From positions 620,001 to 684,000 of the forward strand of contig JBBPEB010000014.1 of assembly GCA_039096225.1 (NCBI GenBank): a stretch of DNA of 64,000 nucleotides. The letters are read 5' to 3'. Numbering within the stretch: position 1 is the stretch's first letter; each line of letters opens with the position of its first letter. This document shows, piece after piece, positions 36,392-49,956 of the stretch. This DNA is from Blastocystis sp. Blastoise. Its lineage: Eukaryota; Protista; Bigyra: Opalinata. The notes beneath the pieces were generated by a model. It did no database searches and was not told the origin of the DNA. It saw only the letters and a list, made by a program, of their open reading frames with translations. The position numbers were made by a program, and so were the translations under genes.

Positions 36392-37063
36392 TTACTTTTC
36401 CAATAATTCAAATTTGTGATTGAGATTGTAAATTCTAAAGCGAATCATATAAAGATTAGTGTTTTAGAATGAAATATACATAATATTATGAATCTATAAT
36501 ATGTTTATAAGCAAAATAACTGAAACAAAAACTTTTAACATTCTGCATTCTTAGCAGGTTTTCAGCTCAGGGAACAGTGATTGAATCGTTTTCAGAATCA
36601 TTTTATGTTTTTCCCCTAAAAAAAGAAGCGACAGTATCCGGATCATTCTTCATAGAATTCGATTGTTTAGGAAATGAAGAAATTCAGATATTTTCAGTTT
36701 TGTTTACGTTCTTTGTTTATATATGTAAAAGACATGAAATAAAGATAAATATTATCAGAAAGGATCTGAGATATGCTATAGATAAGAAGAATAGATTCTC
36801 AAAGGTGAGTATCAATCAATTAGCGAAAAATCGTTATATAATAAAGATTCTACATCCTTTTAGATAGTTAATAGGCGAATTTAGTAATATGTGTTCATTA
36901 GAAGATAGTTAAGATACAACAAAACAAACTTTTAAACGAAATGATTTGATTTAAGATAAAATTTCATGAAAATTTCATGAAAATACTTAAGTCATTCTTA
37001 GGTTTTTTAATGATAAATATAGTATTGGATAGATTAAGATATTAATAGGAATTTTTAAAAAAA

Positions 37064-38958
37064 TTAATTCTTGTTGAATTTAGCAAGTCTTTCCTTACGG
37101 TTTTGTTCCATTTGTTGAGGAAGAGGTCTATAAAGATAAGTTATTCGTTAAGTAATATAAATAGTGAATAATATTTGATAAATTAATAAAAATAAAATGA
37201 ATAATTAAATAATAAAATAAGTCACAAATAAAAAATTTATAAATATATATATACCTAACAAAAGGTAAGAAAGTGATTCCCATCATGAAAGGAACAAGAG
37301 GTTCAGGAATAGTAATACCTTCAGGAGTTTGATAGTTTTCAAGAATACAGCATAAAGTTCTAGTTAAAGCACAAAGAGTACTATTAAGCATATGTACATA
37401 TTTCTTATCTTCATTTTGTTTCTTATTACGACCACAACGAATCTCCATAGCTCTTGATTGATAATCAGTACAATTAGAACAAGATACTAATTCTCTATAA
37501 GTATCATAACCAGGGAACCATCCCTATAGTATAGAAATTATATTATTATATATAGGTATATTTTATATAATATAATAATAAACATAATAAAACATATAAT
37601 AAAAATAATAAACATATAATAATAATAATAAAATTAAAAAAAACTATCATAATAAAACTACATACTTCAAGATCATATTTCTTAGCAGCAGCGTTATTTA
37701 ATTCACCAGAAACAATATTAACTACTCTATAAGGAAGATTTAAAGATTCATAGAATTCTCTACAGTTCTTAATTAAATATTCTTGCATTTCTTGAGATTC
37801 TTCAGGTTTCGTAATAGCAAATTGTTCTACTTTATCAAATTGATGTACTCTGAAAATACCCCAAGTATCTTTACCATGAGCACCAGCTTCTTTACGGAAA
37901 TTGGTAGAGAAACCAGTATATTTAAGAGGTAAATCTTTTTCATCTAACCATTCACCCATGTGATAACCACAAATAGGTTGTTCAGAAGTAGCAATTAAAT
38001 ACTTTTCATCTCCATCTTCACCTTCAACATGATATAATTCTTCATCAAATTGAGATAATTGAGCAACACCCGCCATAACATCTCTATTCATAAAATAAGG
38101 AGTTTGAAGAGTAGTATAACCTCTCTTAGCATTCCATTGAAGAGAATACATAATAATAGCTTGATTTAATAATACAGCATTACCCTTAAGGAAATAAGCT
38201 CTATGACCAGCTACTTTATTACCTCTTTCAGGCTCATAACCATCAATCATCCATAATAACTATATATAGGGGATTCATTTATATTTATTATTATAAAAAT
38301 TATATATATGTTAATAAATATTTAATGATAATAATGAATATAATAATAATAATAATGAATATAATAATAATACTATATACTTCATGATGAGAGAACATAC
38401 TACCATCAGTATTTACATGAGGTTCACCCCACTTCCAAGCAACTACATTAAAAGCCTATATATATATATATATATATATGAAAAGTGAAAAAATAAAAAA
38501 TAAATTAATTAAAGCAAAATATAATAATTAAAAAATAATTAAAAAAAATGAAAAATAAAATAAAATAAATAATTAAAACAACAAAATACTTCATCCTTAT
38601 TAATAGGAACAGTAGGATCTAAGATATTACCAATTTGAGCTAAAGTAGAATCTCTCTTCTTTTGGACTTCAAGAACTTTCTTTTGATTTTCTTCAATTTG
38701 AACAGTAAGTTCCTTAACTTTAGCAGTTAAATCATCACAAGGTTCCTTAGCCTTCTTCTTCTTACCAATTTCAATAGAAAGCTTTCTCTTTTCAGCAAGC
38801 ATATTATCACCATTCTTAAGGATAACTCTTAATTCGTTATCTAAAGCAATAGTATCATCAACAAGTTGAACATTAGCAAATCTCTTTCTTTGAGATTCTC
38901 TTACTAATTCAGAGTTACCTCCCTTATAATCACGAAGAAGATTAATATCAATAGGCAT
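37064..38958 (-). CDS. SARS: Cytosolic seryl-tRNA synthetase
   Basis: Motifs [49 protein letters not shown] and HMLNSTLCA; 4 GT-AG introns; ends RLAKFNKN*. Confidence 0.97.
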
Positions 38959-39553
38959 TCCTATGACTTCAAAAACAAACGATTTCTATGTAAAAAATTA
39001 AAATGGTCATAAAAAGAAGTTTTGGATGATTTTTTTTGATTGGTAAAACGAATTTTGAACGGAATTATTTTGCTTTTCACAGTTCTTTTGAAAATTTGAC
39101 TATAAAAAAGAATATAATCAGTAATATTAATTAATGTTTATTGTTTGCATTCATTATCTTATTAGGCTGTATTATAATAGAATAGAGCTTTTAATGATTA
39201 TGGCCAATAAGATAGAATACTATGAACAACCTAGAATACTATGATTAAGAAGTCACATTGAGAATTGACGAAAACAGCCACTTTATATTCTTATATTATC
39301 GATTAGATAAAGATAGATGACTATTAGATGTATAGATTATTGCGTTAATATTGATTAGAATGCTCCAAGAACTAGAAACGGTTCAATTATACAATAGAAA
39401 TACATATAGTAAACAATTATACTATATTAAATATTAGGTATTATTTATATATCAAAAGAAAAACAATAAGATAACAGTGAAAATGAAAAAAATGAAAATT
39501 ATTATTAAAAAATAGAAACTAAAATATATTATATGAGATAAACCCTAAAAAAA

Positions 39554-40776
39554 CTAACAAGAACATTTGATTTGAGAATAGAATTCACGAGCAGGCAACT
39601 CAGGTCTTTCTATAGAATATAAAATATAGAATATATATAATAATATAATATATAATAAATAATAAATAAGATACCATCAATTGGAATTTTCTTTAATAGA
39701 AAATAAAATCGAACTGTTTGATATAATACTAAAATCTATATAAATATATATAGATCCAAGAGAGAAAAAGGATATATATATATTTATATTCAAACATTTA
39801 GAAATAAAAAGATATATAATCATTTGAATAATGTTATAAATATATATATACAGAGAAAACTAATGTACTTGCAGTTTCAAAAATATAAAAAGGATTAATA
39901 TCATCTGGAGATGTTAATACAAAGTAACTTATATAATATCCACCAAATAGTATAATAAACAAAGGTATTAGTATAAGACAGTATAGTATTAAAGATGAAC
40001 TAACATATAAAAAAAAATATATATATATAATGAATTTTTAAAATTCAAAAAAAAATATATAATATAACAATAATAAACACAATAACAATAATAAATATAA
40101 TATATATAGAAAGGATATTAGAATAATATAGAGCATACTATAATGATATGCTCCTAAAAGAAGACAAAGTGAAATCAAAGCAGGAATTATAACAATACAT
40201 ATATTTGACATTACTAGTTTATCAAAACATAATAATATTACAAAAAATGTTAATAACTATATATATTATTGATTATATAAACATAATAATTCTTCCTTAT
40301 TATAATCAAGAAAAATCTTATGAAATAACTATAGATATATATACACCACAAATATATCCAGTAATTCGATAACATTTTGTATATCCAATTATTTTTATTA
40401 TATCATCAGTATTATTATTTGTAAGAGAAGAAATCGAATCCTTGGTTGAAACAGTAATAACAGGAATTGGAACAGTTTGAGGAGTAAAATTGTCTGGTTT
40501 CATCAAATCACGTTGTAATTCATCATCATTTAATATGTAGGAATCTGAATTCATATACGAAAGATCTTGATTACTATAGGAAACATCTGAAGAACGTTGT
40601 TCTTCTAAATCTTGAACATCAACGCTTGTTTTTGTACTAGATTCTGGAGTCTGAAACAGAACATAAAGTCCTTTTGAATATGCTGATAAAGGAATCTCTT
40701 TCTTATATTTTCTTTGAAATGCAAACACACGATTCGAATAAGTATTATAATAGTCACTATTCTGACACTGAAGCAT
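39554..40776 (-). CDS. Hypothetical membrane protein: hydrophilic N-terminus, about four TM helices, C-terminal CSC
   Basis: Five exons join in frame only with the AT-AC intron at 39981-40118; ends EFYSQIKCSC*. Confidence 0.65.
39981..40118 (-). other. U12-type AT-AC intron
   Basis: 5'ss ATATCCTTT; branch TCTTTAAT then ACTATAC|. The phase-0 join gives YIIL-CLILIP. The nearby GT-AG alternative gives an immediate stop, and retention hits a TAA. Confidence 0.85.
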
Positions 40777-41007
40777 CTTCGAATTATTAGAAAAAATGAA
40801 AAAAAATGTCTAATGAGCTATTTAAAGAAAGAATACCTCTTAAATCAAATAATAACAATAATTTCTATAAACACAACTACAAAAATCGAATTCCCTCGGT
40901 TTTAATTGTTTCTTTAATTGAACTTTTAAGTGTGCTAATTGAATTACATTTAGTACCTACTGTTTTGTTATTTATATAATTCGTGTGTATATAGTATTTA
41001 ATAAAAA

Positions 41008-41862
41008 ATGCAGAATTTAATGAATTATTCGGACTCTTCTGATGAGTCATCTGACAATTCAGATTCGTCCAATGAATCCTATAAGAATGGAAATCAGCAG
41101 GACACAATACATATAATACATAAAGTAAATTCATTACTTTTAAAATATTGTTTATACAACTTTAGACCTTAGTATCTTCATTAGATTCTAAAAAGTTCAA
41201 ACCTGCTGTTAAAATGCCTTCTGTAGATGATTTAGATGAAACTTTAGATTATTATGGAAGAACTATTGATAAAACGAAAATGGATGTATACATTTATTGA
41301 TTTACAATGGGATAATCATAAATAAACATATATTAGGAAGAAGATAAAATACATTATTTCAGTGTTGAAGAAGAGAAAAAGAAAGAGGAAGAAGAACAAA
41401 GAAAAAAAGATGCTGAACATATCCCTAGCTTCTTTGAAGATGGTCATTATCTTGTCCAAGCCGATGTTCTTGTTGTATATATTTATATATTTTATTTATA
41501 TTCTTTCTATTTTTTATTCATAGTAATTTTAAATATCTCTTATATTTTCTTTTAATATCTCTTATAATTTGTTTAATATCTCTTAGATTTTTTTTAATAT
41601 CTCTTATAATTTTTTTAATATCTCTTATAATTTTTTTATATCTCTTATATTTTTTTTAATATCTCTTATAATGTTTTTTATAAACATCTTTTTTTTTCAA
41701 ATACTTTTATATATAGAATAATGAGCCTGTGAAGTACAAAGAAGAGAAAGGACATGAGGTTACACAAAGTATATATATACTTGTAAGTTATCATTAATAA
41801 TTCTATTTTATATAGAAAAGAAAAGAAATACAAAATTAGAAGAAAAACGAATTTCTAAATAA
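41008..41862 (+). CDS. Small hydrophilic, charged hypothetical protein (5 exons)
   Basis: MQNLMNYSDSSDESSD...KMPSVDDL...LEEKRISK*, with four in-frame GT-AG introns. Missed by the ORF track. Confidence 0.7.
41530..41680. repeat. Intronic tandem repeat of about 21 bp (tttttaatatctcttataat)
   Basis: About 7 imperfect copies. Confidence 0.85.
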
Positions 41863-42093
41863 AAATAATATTTAGCATGTATACTGAATTCTTATGGTGT
41901 TATTATTCATAAATATTTTAGTATTATTGTATTCTGTATTGGATATTTCAAATTATTCTTCTATCCATACATTAATAAGAATATTTTTTATATAAAAGAT
42001 TGTATATCATATATATAGAAACATTTTAATTACTTATAGTCTTTCGAATAAAGATCAATATTACAAAACAACTATTCACAAATAAATATATAT

Positions 42094-42698
42094 TTATAAA
42101 ACATGAACTATAATACAATCATCTTCTATTTCATGTTTTTTTGTTTCAATTTTTAATATTTGTTTAATAGACTAAGTAAATTGTTAATTTATATTAATAA
42201 TTAATAATGAATTACCTTTCGACAAATAGGACATAGACGATGATTCTTTCGTTTATATAAAGAAAGAGCACATTCATAACAAATACCTCCCTATATATAT
42301 TTATAAAGTGTTATATATATATATAGAATACATGTCCACATGGTAGCAAGACTCCATCCTATAAAAGTATGTAAAAATATTATAATGTAGAATAAATTCT
42401 TAATAAATGTGAATTTATATTAAGTTATACATATATAAAAAGAAAACAAAAATAATATACTTTTTGTTCAGTTTCACATATATAGCAGTTTCCTTGAAGA
42501 TCATATGATTTGGATGTGTGTATAGATGTTAATGGTGGATATTCAGAATGAATAGAAATAGAAGGAGAAATAGGAGAAGAAGGAGAAGAACCATGAGGAG
42601 AAGGAGAAGAAGGTAATGGTGATAATACACTATGAGGTGATATAGGAGATGCTTTATATATAGAGCATTATAAAATGATTGATCATTTTTTGGTTACA

Positions 42699-42742
<44 letters not shown>

Positions 42743-42832
42743 GATGACAAGAAAAAATATTATTCTTATAATAGAGAACATTTGGTTTCTTCATCATGTT
42801 TAATACATTTTCTACATTAATAATTTCATTTT

Positions 42833-42918
<86 letters not shown>

Positions 42919-44792
42919 TGTTACTATTACTTGTATGAACATCAAAAGATTTTATATATATAAATATAATTATATATACATATACCATCATATCAAGATA
43001 AACAGATTCATCTGTAGATAAAGAACACTTGAGTCGAATAATCAGTGAAAACAGATTTATAAATGCAAGTAAGATGAAGAAACATATATTTAGAATACAA
43101 AAAATACTCATTAGTATCTAAAAGAAAATAGTATACACAATTATAATATATAATAAAATATAGGAAATAAAAATATATATATATAATTTAAAACTAGAAT
43201 ACATACTCTGTTAATATTCATATTAATAATGAATACTAGAACGCAGTCTGTAATAATTATACTCAAGTATATGAATTGTTTTAATAAAAATAATATTTTT
43301 ATCATTCGTTCTAATTTTAAACATTGAATGGTTAGATTGATTTCTCTGAAGAATTGACGAGATATATACGTGTCCTTTAATGATTAAAAATATATTATGT
43401 TGTATAGTATGCATAATATATATATAACATATATATATATATATATATATTAATAATAATGTATATATAATAAATGTAAAACATATATATAATAAATAAT
43501 TAGAATAACTATAATAATTATATATACATACATTGAATTGAAGAACAATAGGAATAAATAAAATAATAATTGAAAAGATATATATAGCTAGTAATAATAA
43601 GGGAGAAACAAATAGTAGTATATGTTGAATTGAAAAAGGATTTACAACTATATATAACAATATAATATAGAATATAATCAAATAATAGGTAAATATATAC
43701 CTGTGAGATGTTCAAATTGTGAGTAAGTGAAATAGAGAATAGATATAATTTGAAGAATTATATATATAGACAATAGAATAGTATTTGTGATTTGAATCAA
43801 TTTCTTTTCTAAATACCATCGATTTAAATAATGGGACTGAGGAGTGGAAGTATGAAGATAACGATAGTATATCTATATATTTATATTATTAATAATAGAT
43901 TATGATAGCTTATCTATCCATAATATCCATATAAATCAATCACATAATTATAAATATAAATCTATATATAAATCAAACATATATAATTATATTCATACAC
44001 TTCTAAGTCTACAAGTTTGAGAAAGAATATTAAATACTGTTCCTGATAAAATAGGAATAAAACACAAGGAGAGATATAAGTTCATTTTTGGATGAAAATA
44101 AGGAGAAGGATAACGAGATAAACAGAAATTAATTAAATAAAATGAAATAAAAAGACATAACCAAAACATAAATTCTGTAATTCGTGTTGATATATGACTA
44201 ATCGTAAAACTTTTAAAACTTAAAAAACAACGTATTAATTTATATATAGATATAAATAGTGGAATTGAAGAAACTACAGCTATTGATGCATAAGGAATAA
44301 CTTTATATATACCAATTACACTGTAATCTATCACTAATGAATAGTCTATATAGAATGTTGGAGCCACAGAAAAGAATAATACACATAACCTATTGAAAAT
44401 ATATATATTAAAAACTTGTTATAAATAAAAGTGTGATATTCAATCTATTATAATAAAAATACACATACATAACTGGCAAAACAACTTCTTTTGCGTAATA
44501 AATTAGCATAGAATCACATTTCTTAGAATCAATGTTATTCATATATGCTATTCGTCCTGGTTTAAAGAAATTTCTGTAGAATGTTCTTAATTTATAATTG
44601 TTATACTCAAATAAAAGATCTATTGATAATAAATCAATAAAATATATCACAATATATAAAAAAATATACGACCACGAATCGATTCATACGCTTCATAGTT
44701 ATTATCCTCACCACTTTCTAATATACTATCCTCAGACTCTTCTATGATGCATAGAATATCTAATTGAAATATATACGCTGACTTTGTAACAT
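42094..44792 (-). CDS. Multi-pass membrane protein with a C-terminal RING-HC (C3HC4) finger, probable E3 ligase
   Basis: The spliced C-terminus CYICETEQKDGVLLPCGHGGICYECALSLYKRKNHRLCPICRK includes a 27-nt micro-exon. Hydrophobic segments lie upstream. Confidence 0.85.
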
Positions 44793-45092
44793 TCAATTCC
44801 TTTGTTTAATTTAAAAGAAAAAGACTTTCCATATTTTAATTAACTATTTGTCTTACATCATATATTGAGGATCAATTATTCATATGAATCCATTTCTATA
44901 TGTATATCCCTTAAAAAGCATTTTTTTGAAATCTGAAAAAACAATCACCTATCTGAATTTTATTTCAGAAAGTATCCAAAAAAAAATTTTTTTTGGATTC
45001 TCCCTCCTTTTTCATTATTTTTTTAATTATAGATAGTTTTTATTGTTCACTATGATCTTCAAATTCATTATGTTTTCCAACAAATAGTTTAA

Positions 45093-45732
45093 ATGAAAAG
45101 AAAACAATTAAGTACAGATCTCTTCAACATTTCTTCTGATGAAGAGTTTGAGTAATTTTTCTATATTCTCTATTAACCAATATAGTGATTACAATTCTTC
45201 TAGTTTCTCCAAACGAAGAAGAACTTATGGATCTCAAAAGGAAATGTCCATTTGTATCCTTCAAGATCAAACTGTTTCAGATATGTATATAAGTATTCAT
45301 TCTATTCTTATACTATTGATTTAGAGATCAGGAGATGATTTCTATTTTAGAAGAACATAATCATTCCTCTTCACAGTCTATTTCAAGTAACTCTAGTTCT
45401 GTCTCTTTGGAATTATCAAAAGAAAAGCAATGTTCATCTCTTTCACATAATGCAACTAAAAAATTTAAAACAGAAGATAATGGGCAAACAAACATTCTAA
45501 ATGATATGCCTCATATGAAAAAGAATAATAATACAATATATAAGAAAGAGAATGATTCTGTTCTTTCTTTACCTAAATTATTAAGGTCTAATAATACTGA
45601 TTCTTATTATCATTATGTATGTTACTTTTTATTATGAAATAACAAAATGTTATATCTGTATAGGATGATTGGACAGTAGAAATAAAGACGTATTTTCATC
45701 AAATTGATGAATATCCACTAACAACAGAATAA
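45093..45732 (+). CDS. Sororin-like (CDCA5/Sor1) cohesin regulator candidate
   Basis: Four exons; disordered S/K-rich protein with a KEN box and terminal DDWTVEIKTYFHQIDEYPLTTE*, resembling the sororin C-terminal motif. Confidence 0.6.
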
Positions 45733-46207
45733 AGCATGTTGTACTATTCATGTCATAATAGTTTCTGTATATTTATTTTTGTTGTTTTTAGCATAATTTA
45801 ATAGGTCATACCATAGTTATTAAATAATTATATGATATTCATTTTTGATTCATTGAACAAAACAAATAATATATAAACTAGAATTGAATTGATTAAAAAA
45901 AGAGAAATTTTTTGAAATAAAACACAAATGAATTTACATTAAACAAAAATATATGTATTAAAAAAATATTATATAAAAAAATATTTCATGAAAAATACAT
46001 AAACGTAATTACATAAATATATATATAATTTATAAGCATAAAAAAACACAATATAAACATGATGATAAAAGTATAGAGTATTATTGGTATGATGAATAAG
46101 CTATGTCAATAATAAAAAAAACATAGAATTCAAGATTTAGAAAAAGAGTATGAAGTTATATATAAATAATTATATATATGATAATAATAGTATTAATACT
46201 ATTATTA

Positions 46208-47659
46208 TTACTCTTCAAGAATAATCATTTCTCCTTCATCTCCCAACTCTATATTTTCTTCTTCAGGTTCTTCAATAATTAAGGCATCTTCAGGCAAAAT
46301 TTCAGATTCAGTAGCAATATGCATACTGTCCATAGTACTAACACCATCTAAGAATTATATATATATGTATAAAAATATTAAGGCAAAAAAAATTTAAAAA
46401 AAAAACAATAATATATATATAAAATGAAAAATTTCAAAAAAAATATATGTATATATGTAGAAGAAAATGAAAAGCAAAAATAAATTAAAAATAACTTATA
46501 TATATACCGATATGTTGAATATATCTTGAATAAATCATACGACATTCATTCATCATACTCTTTATAGCTATATAATCATATATATATAATAATAACAATA
46601 AAAATAATATAGGTATTTATAGTAAAATAATCTATAAACATAAATAAAGAATATATACGTTGAGAAGCAGTAACTTCAAAGATATCATCAGTTATAAGTA
46701 GTTTAATTGTATTCCAACGTAAGTTATCTAAGCTGAAACAAGCAAGTCGATCAGCATCATTCAGACTATCGCTGACTACTTTTAAGATGAAATGACATAC
46801 CTATATATAAAAATAAATATATATTGAATAAATATATTGGTATACTAGAATTGATTCATTATATATTATATATACATATATAACAATTAAGAAATAAGTA
46901 AATAATAATAATTATTAATATAAACAATAATTCATGATACAAGACAATAGAAATAGTATTCCTTAGCATACTTTAATAGCATGTGACATATCTAGATCAT
47001 CCAATTGAGCAATAAGTCCTTGATCACTTAATAATAAATCATAAATACGTTTCTTATATCCATATTTCTTGGTATCAGGACGTATAAATAGAAGACTATC
47101 AAAATAAGAAGAATAGACAGAAATAGAATCAACCGAAGGATCAAGAGCTTCTATTATAAACTGACGTAACATTCGATCATAGAAACTATATATATATAGA
47201 AAAAGAATGATATAGAATTTAATTGTATTCATTAGATATATACTCTTTATAATCATATAATAATAATATACAACAGAAAATATAACAGATAAGAATTTTA
47301 TATATATATATAAAGCAATTAGAAATAATAATAGAAAATTTATTTTAATTTAATAATTCTTATATATACGCCATATTTTGACCAGCTATATATTTAATAA
47401 TATCCATAACTAAGGCGCTATAAGCAGTTGTTAATGAATATAAATAGAATTCGGTATTTGACATAGCGGCGTAAGAATCTCCAGGAATAATCATGGGAAT
47501 TGTAGAATCATTATTCATGATTTGATTGGACGATTTCTTAACGGATACCAATTGCTCAGGAGGAGATAATGAAGGAAGAGACTTTATAATATCAAAAATA
47601 ACATCATAGAAACTTTCTATATAAATAATAAGAATAAAAAAAAATAATTATTAAGATAC

Positions 47660-47718
<59 letters not shown>

Positions 47719-47939
47719 CCAGTCTTTTGATTTCCAAGTTGTTGAGTTTTTGTAAGGTTGAAGAAACGAGCATTTCTCCCGCGGGACTCAAGGAATGCAT
47801 CAACCATATGAGCTAGTGTATTATTCTTATATAAATAGGCCAAAAGACACTTCTTAATATCATCTTTTGTAGCGAAATAATGAAGCATATGATATAAATA
47901 TTCACTATTATCCCTATATATATTATTATTATTATTATG

Positions 47940-47983
<44 letters not shown>

Positions 47984-48701
47984 CCAATAATCGAAGGAAA
48001 GAGAGAAAAGATCTTTAGAAGTTAATATACTTATAAAAGTATCCACAGCAGAACCACTATATATATATATATATATTATTATTATTATTATGTTTATTAT
48101 TATTATGTTTATTTATATTACTACATACACTTTAGCCTTGTTTTCACGTGTTGCCACTATATATATGATTAATAATAATAATAATAATAATAAGACTTAT
48201 ATATATATATATATACAGAATCCTACAGTAACCTTAATATGTCGTGCAACTTGAGCTCGTAAGACTTCTTCATCTTGAATTAAACAACTACTAGCAATAT
48301 ATTCATGTTGACTGATTAAGAAAAGTGTAATTTGACCATATTCATTCATATTCATTTGTTCTATTTTATTCAGAGAAGTTAAGATATTTTCAGTCAAGTT
48401 ATGATCACCCTCTTTAGTTAATTCAGGCAGTAATCGTTCAAGATATTTATATGTATATAACAAGGCAGATTGATAAATATTGCTTATTAAACTATTAAAT
48501 TTATTCTGAACTTTCAAAATATCATTTTTAGAAATTTCGTCACACACTGTGTTCAGGAAATGTACGAAGGGTGTTTGTGTACAGGTCTTGTACGCTACTA
48601 ATTGTTGATTGGATGATTCCAAAGTATTATATAACGATTGCTGTTGAGTACGGAAGTTATTATTTAAATCTATATATATACATATAATATTAAGAAGAAA
48701 A

Positions 48702-48741
<40 letters not shown>

Positions 48742-49877
48742 CTAACATGTCTAGCTTTAGTATATTCTCTTAAGGATTCTTTTTCATATATTAATATATA
48801 TGCAGAATTAGTCTTTTTTACAGTAGTAGCAGCTCCCGCCATCTTTCGTCTTCCTGCCACTAAACGTCGTTTATTTTCCACGGGTTTATCACCGAAAACA
48901 GCATCTTTCCATTTATTGACATCAAAACTAGAAACATTCTCATTCTGAATCTTATAATAAACTTCTATATATATAGTATTAATAATAATGGTATATATAT
49001 ATTTATATATACCATTATTATCACGTTCTCTATATATAAAATAATATTGTCCATCATCAGTCCAAGATCCCTCATGAACTATAACCGCACGTAACTGATA
49101 TTGGGAATCAGCCAATACTTTCTTTTCATCTTTATTCTGAGCTATATATAATTATTATATATTATTATATTATATATTATATATATATACCTGTAGCATC
49201 AAGACTATCTTGAGTATATTTAGATCTATATATATAGAGAGAGAGAATCATTTAAATAAATATATATATATATACAAATTCATATCATCAGGGAATTCAA
49301 AATAACCATTATTCTTAGTTTTTTCTCCTGTTTTTGGATTCACCTTAAATCTCTATATATATATATATTTTAGATATAATCAATAATATATTCATATAAT
49401 CAATAATATATTCATATAATCAATAATATATTTATATAATCAATAATATATATACATCTAATTTAATAATAAGTGTTTCTGGGAGTGTTTGAATAATAGA
49501 ATTCGAATGAGCACTTGAGGGACGTAAACAGCTTTCACAAGGATATGCTATATATATAGATATAATCAATAATATATTTATATATAATCAATAATATATT
49601 TATATATAATCAATAATATATATATATATATATATACAGTCTTCAGGATAGTTATTAAAGTATGTTTCAATAGCTTCTCGAAGGTTCTTATGTCCTTCTA
49701 TGGGTATAGTTAATATATACTGCTGTTGAAGTATAGAGAAAGACTCCAAACAACGATCACAACGAGTAATACGTAAATACTCACCTTGATATAAGTTATT
49801 AAGTGTATTTGAGTTAATATATTGAGTAAAGAAACTGTTATAATAATTAATAAACCAAAGAAGATACTCAGCAGGAT

Positions 49878-49956
<79 letters not shown>

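Noticed and set aside
40877-41134. 85-aa minus-strand ORF
   Set aside because: It overlaps the first exon of a better-supported spliced plus-strand gene starting at 41008.
41530-41680. Tandem repeats considered as a CRISPR array or mobile-element ends
   Set aside because: No unique spacers, eukaryotic intronic context, and no transposase or cas gene.
49538-49547. ATATCCTT U12-donor-like words here and at about 39770, 53530 and 4213
   Set aside because: They lie inside required coding sequence or inside ordinary GT-AG introns, with no matching branch/acceptor needed for the frame.
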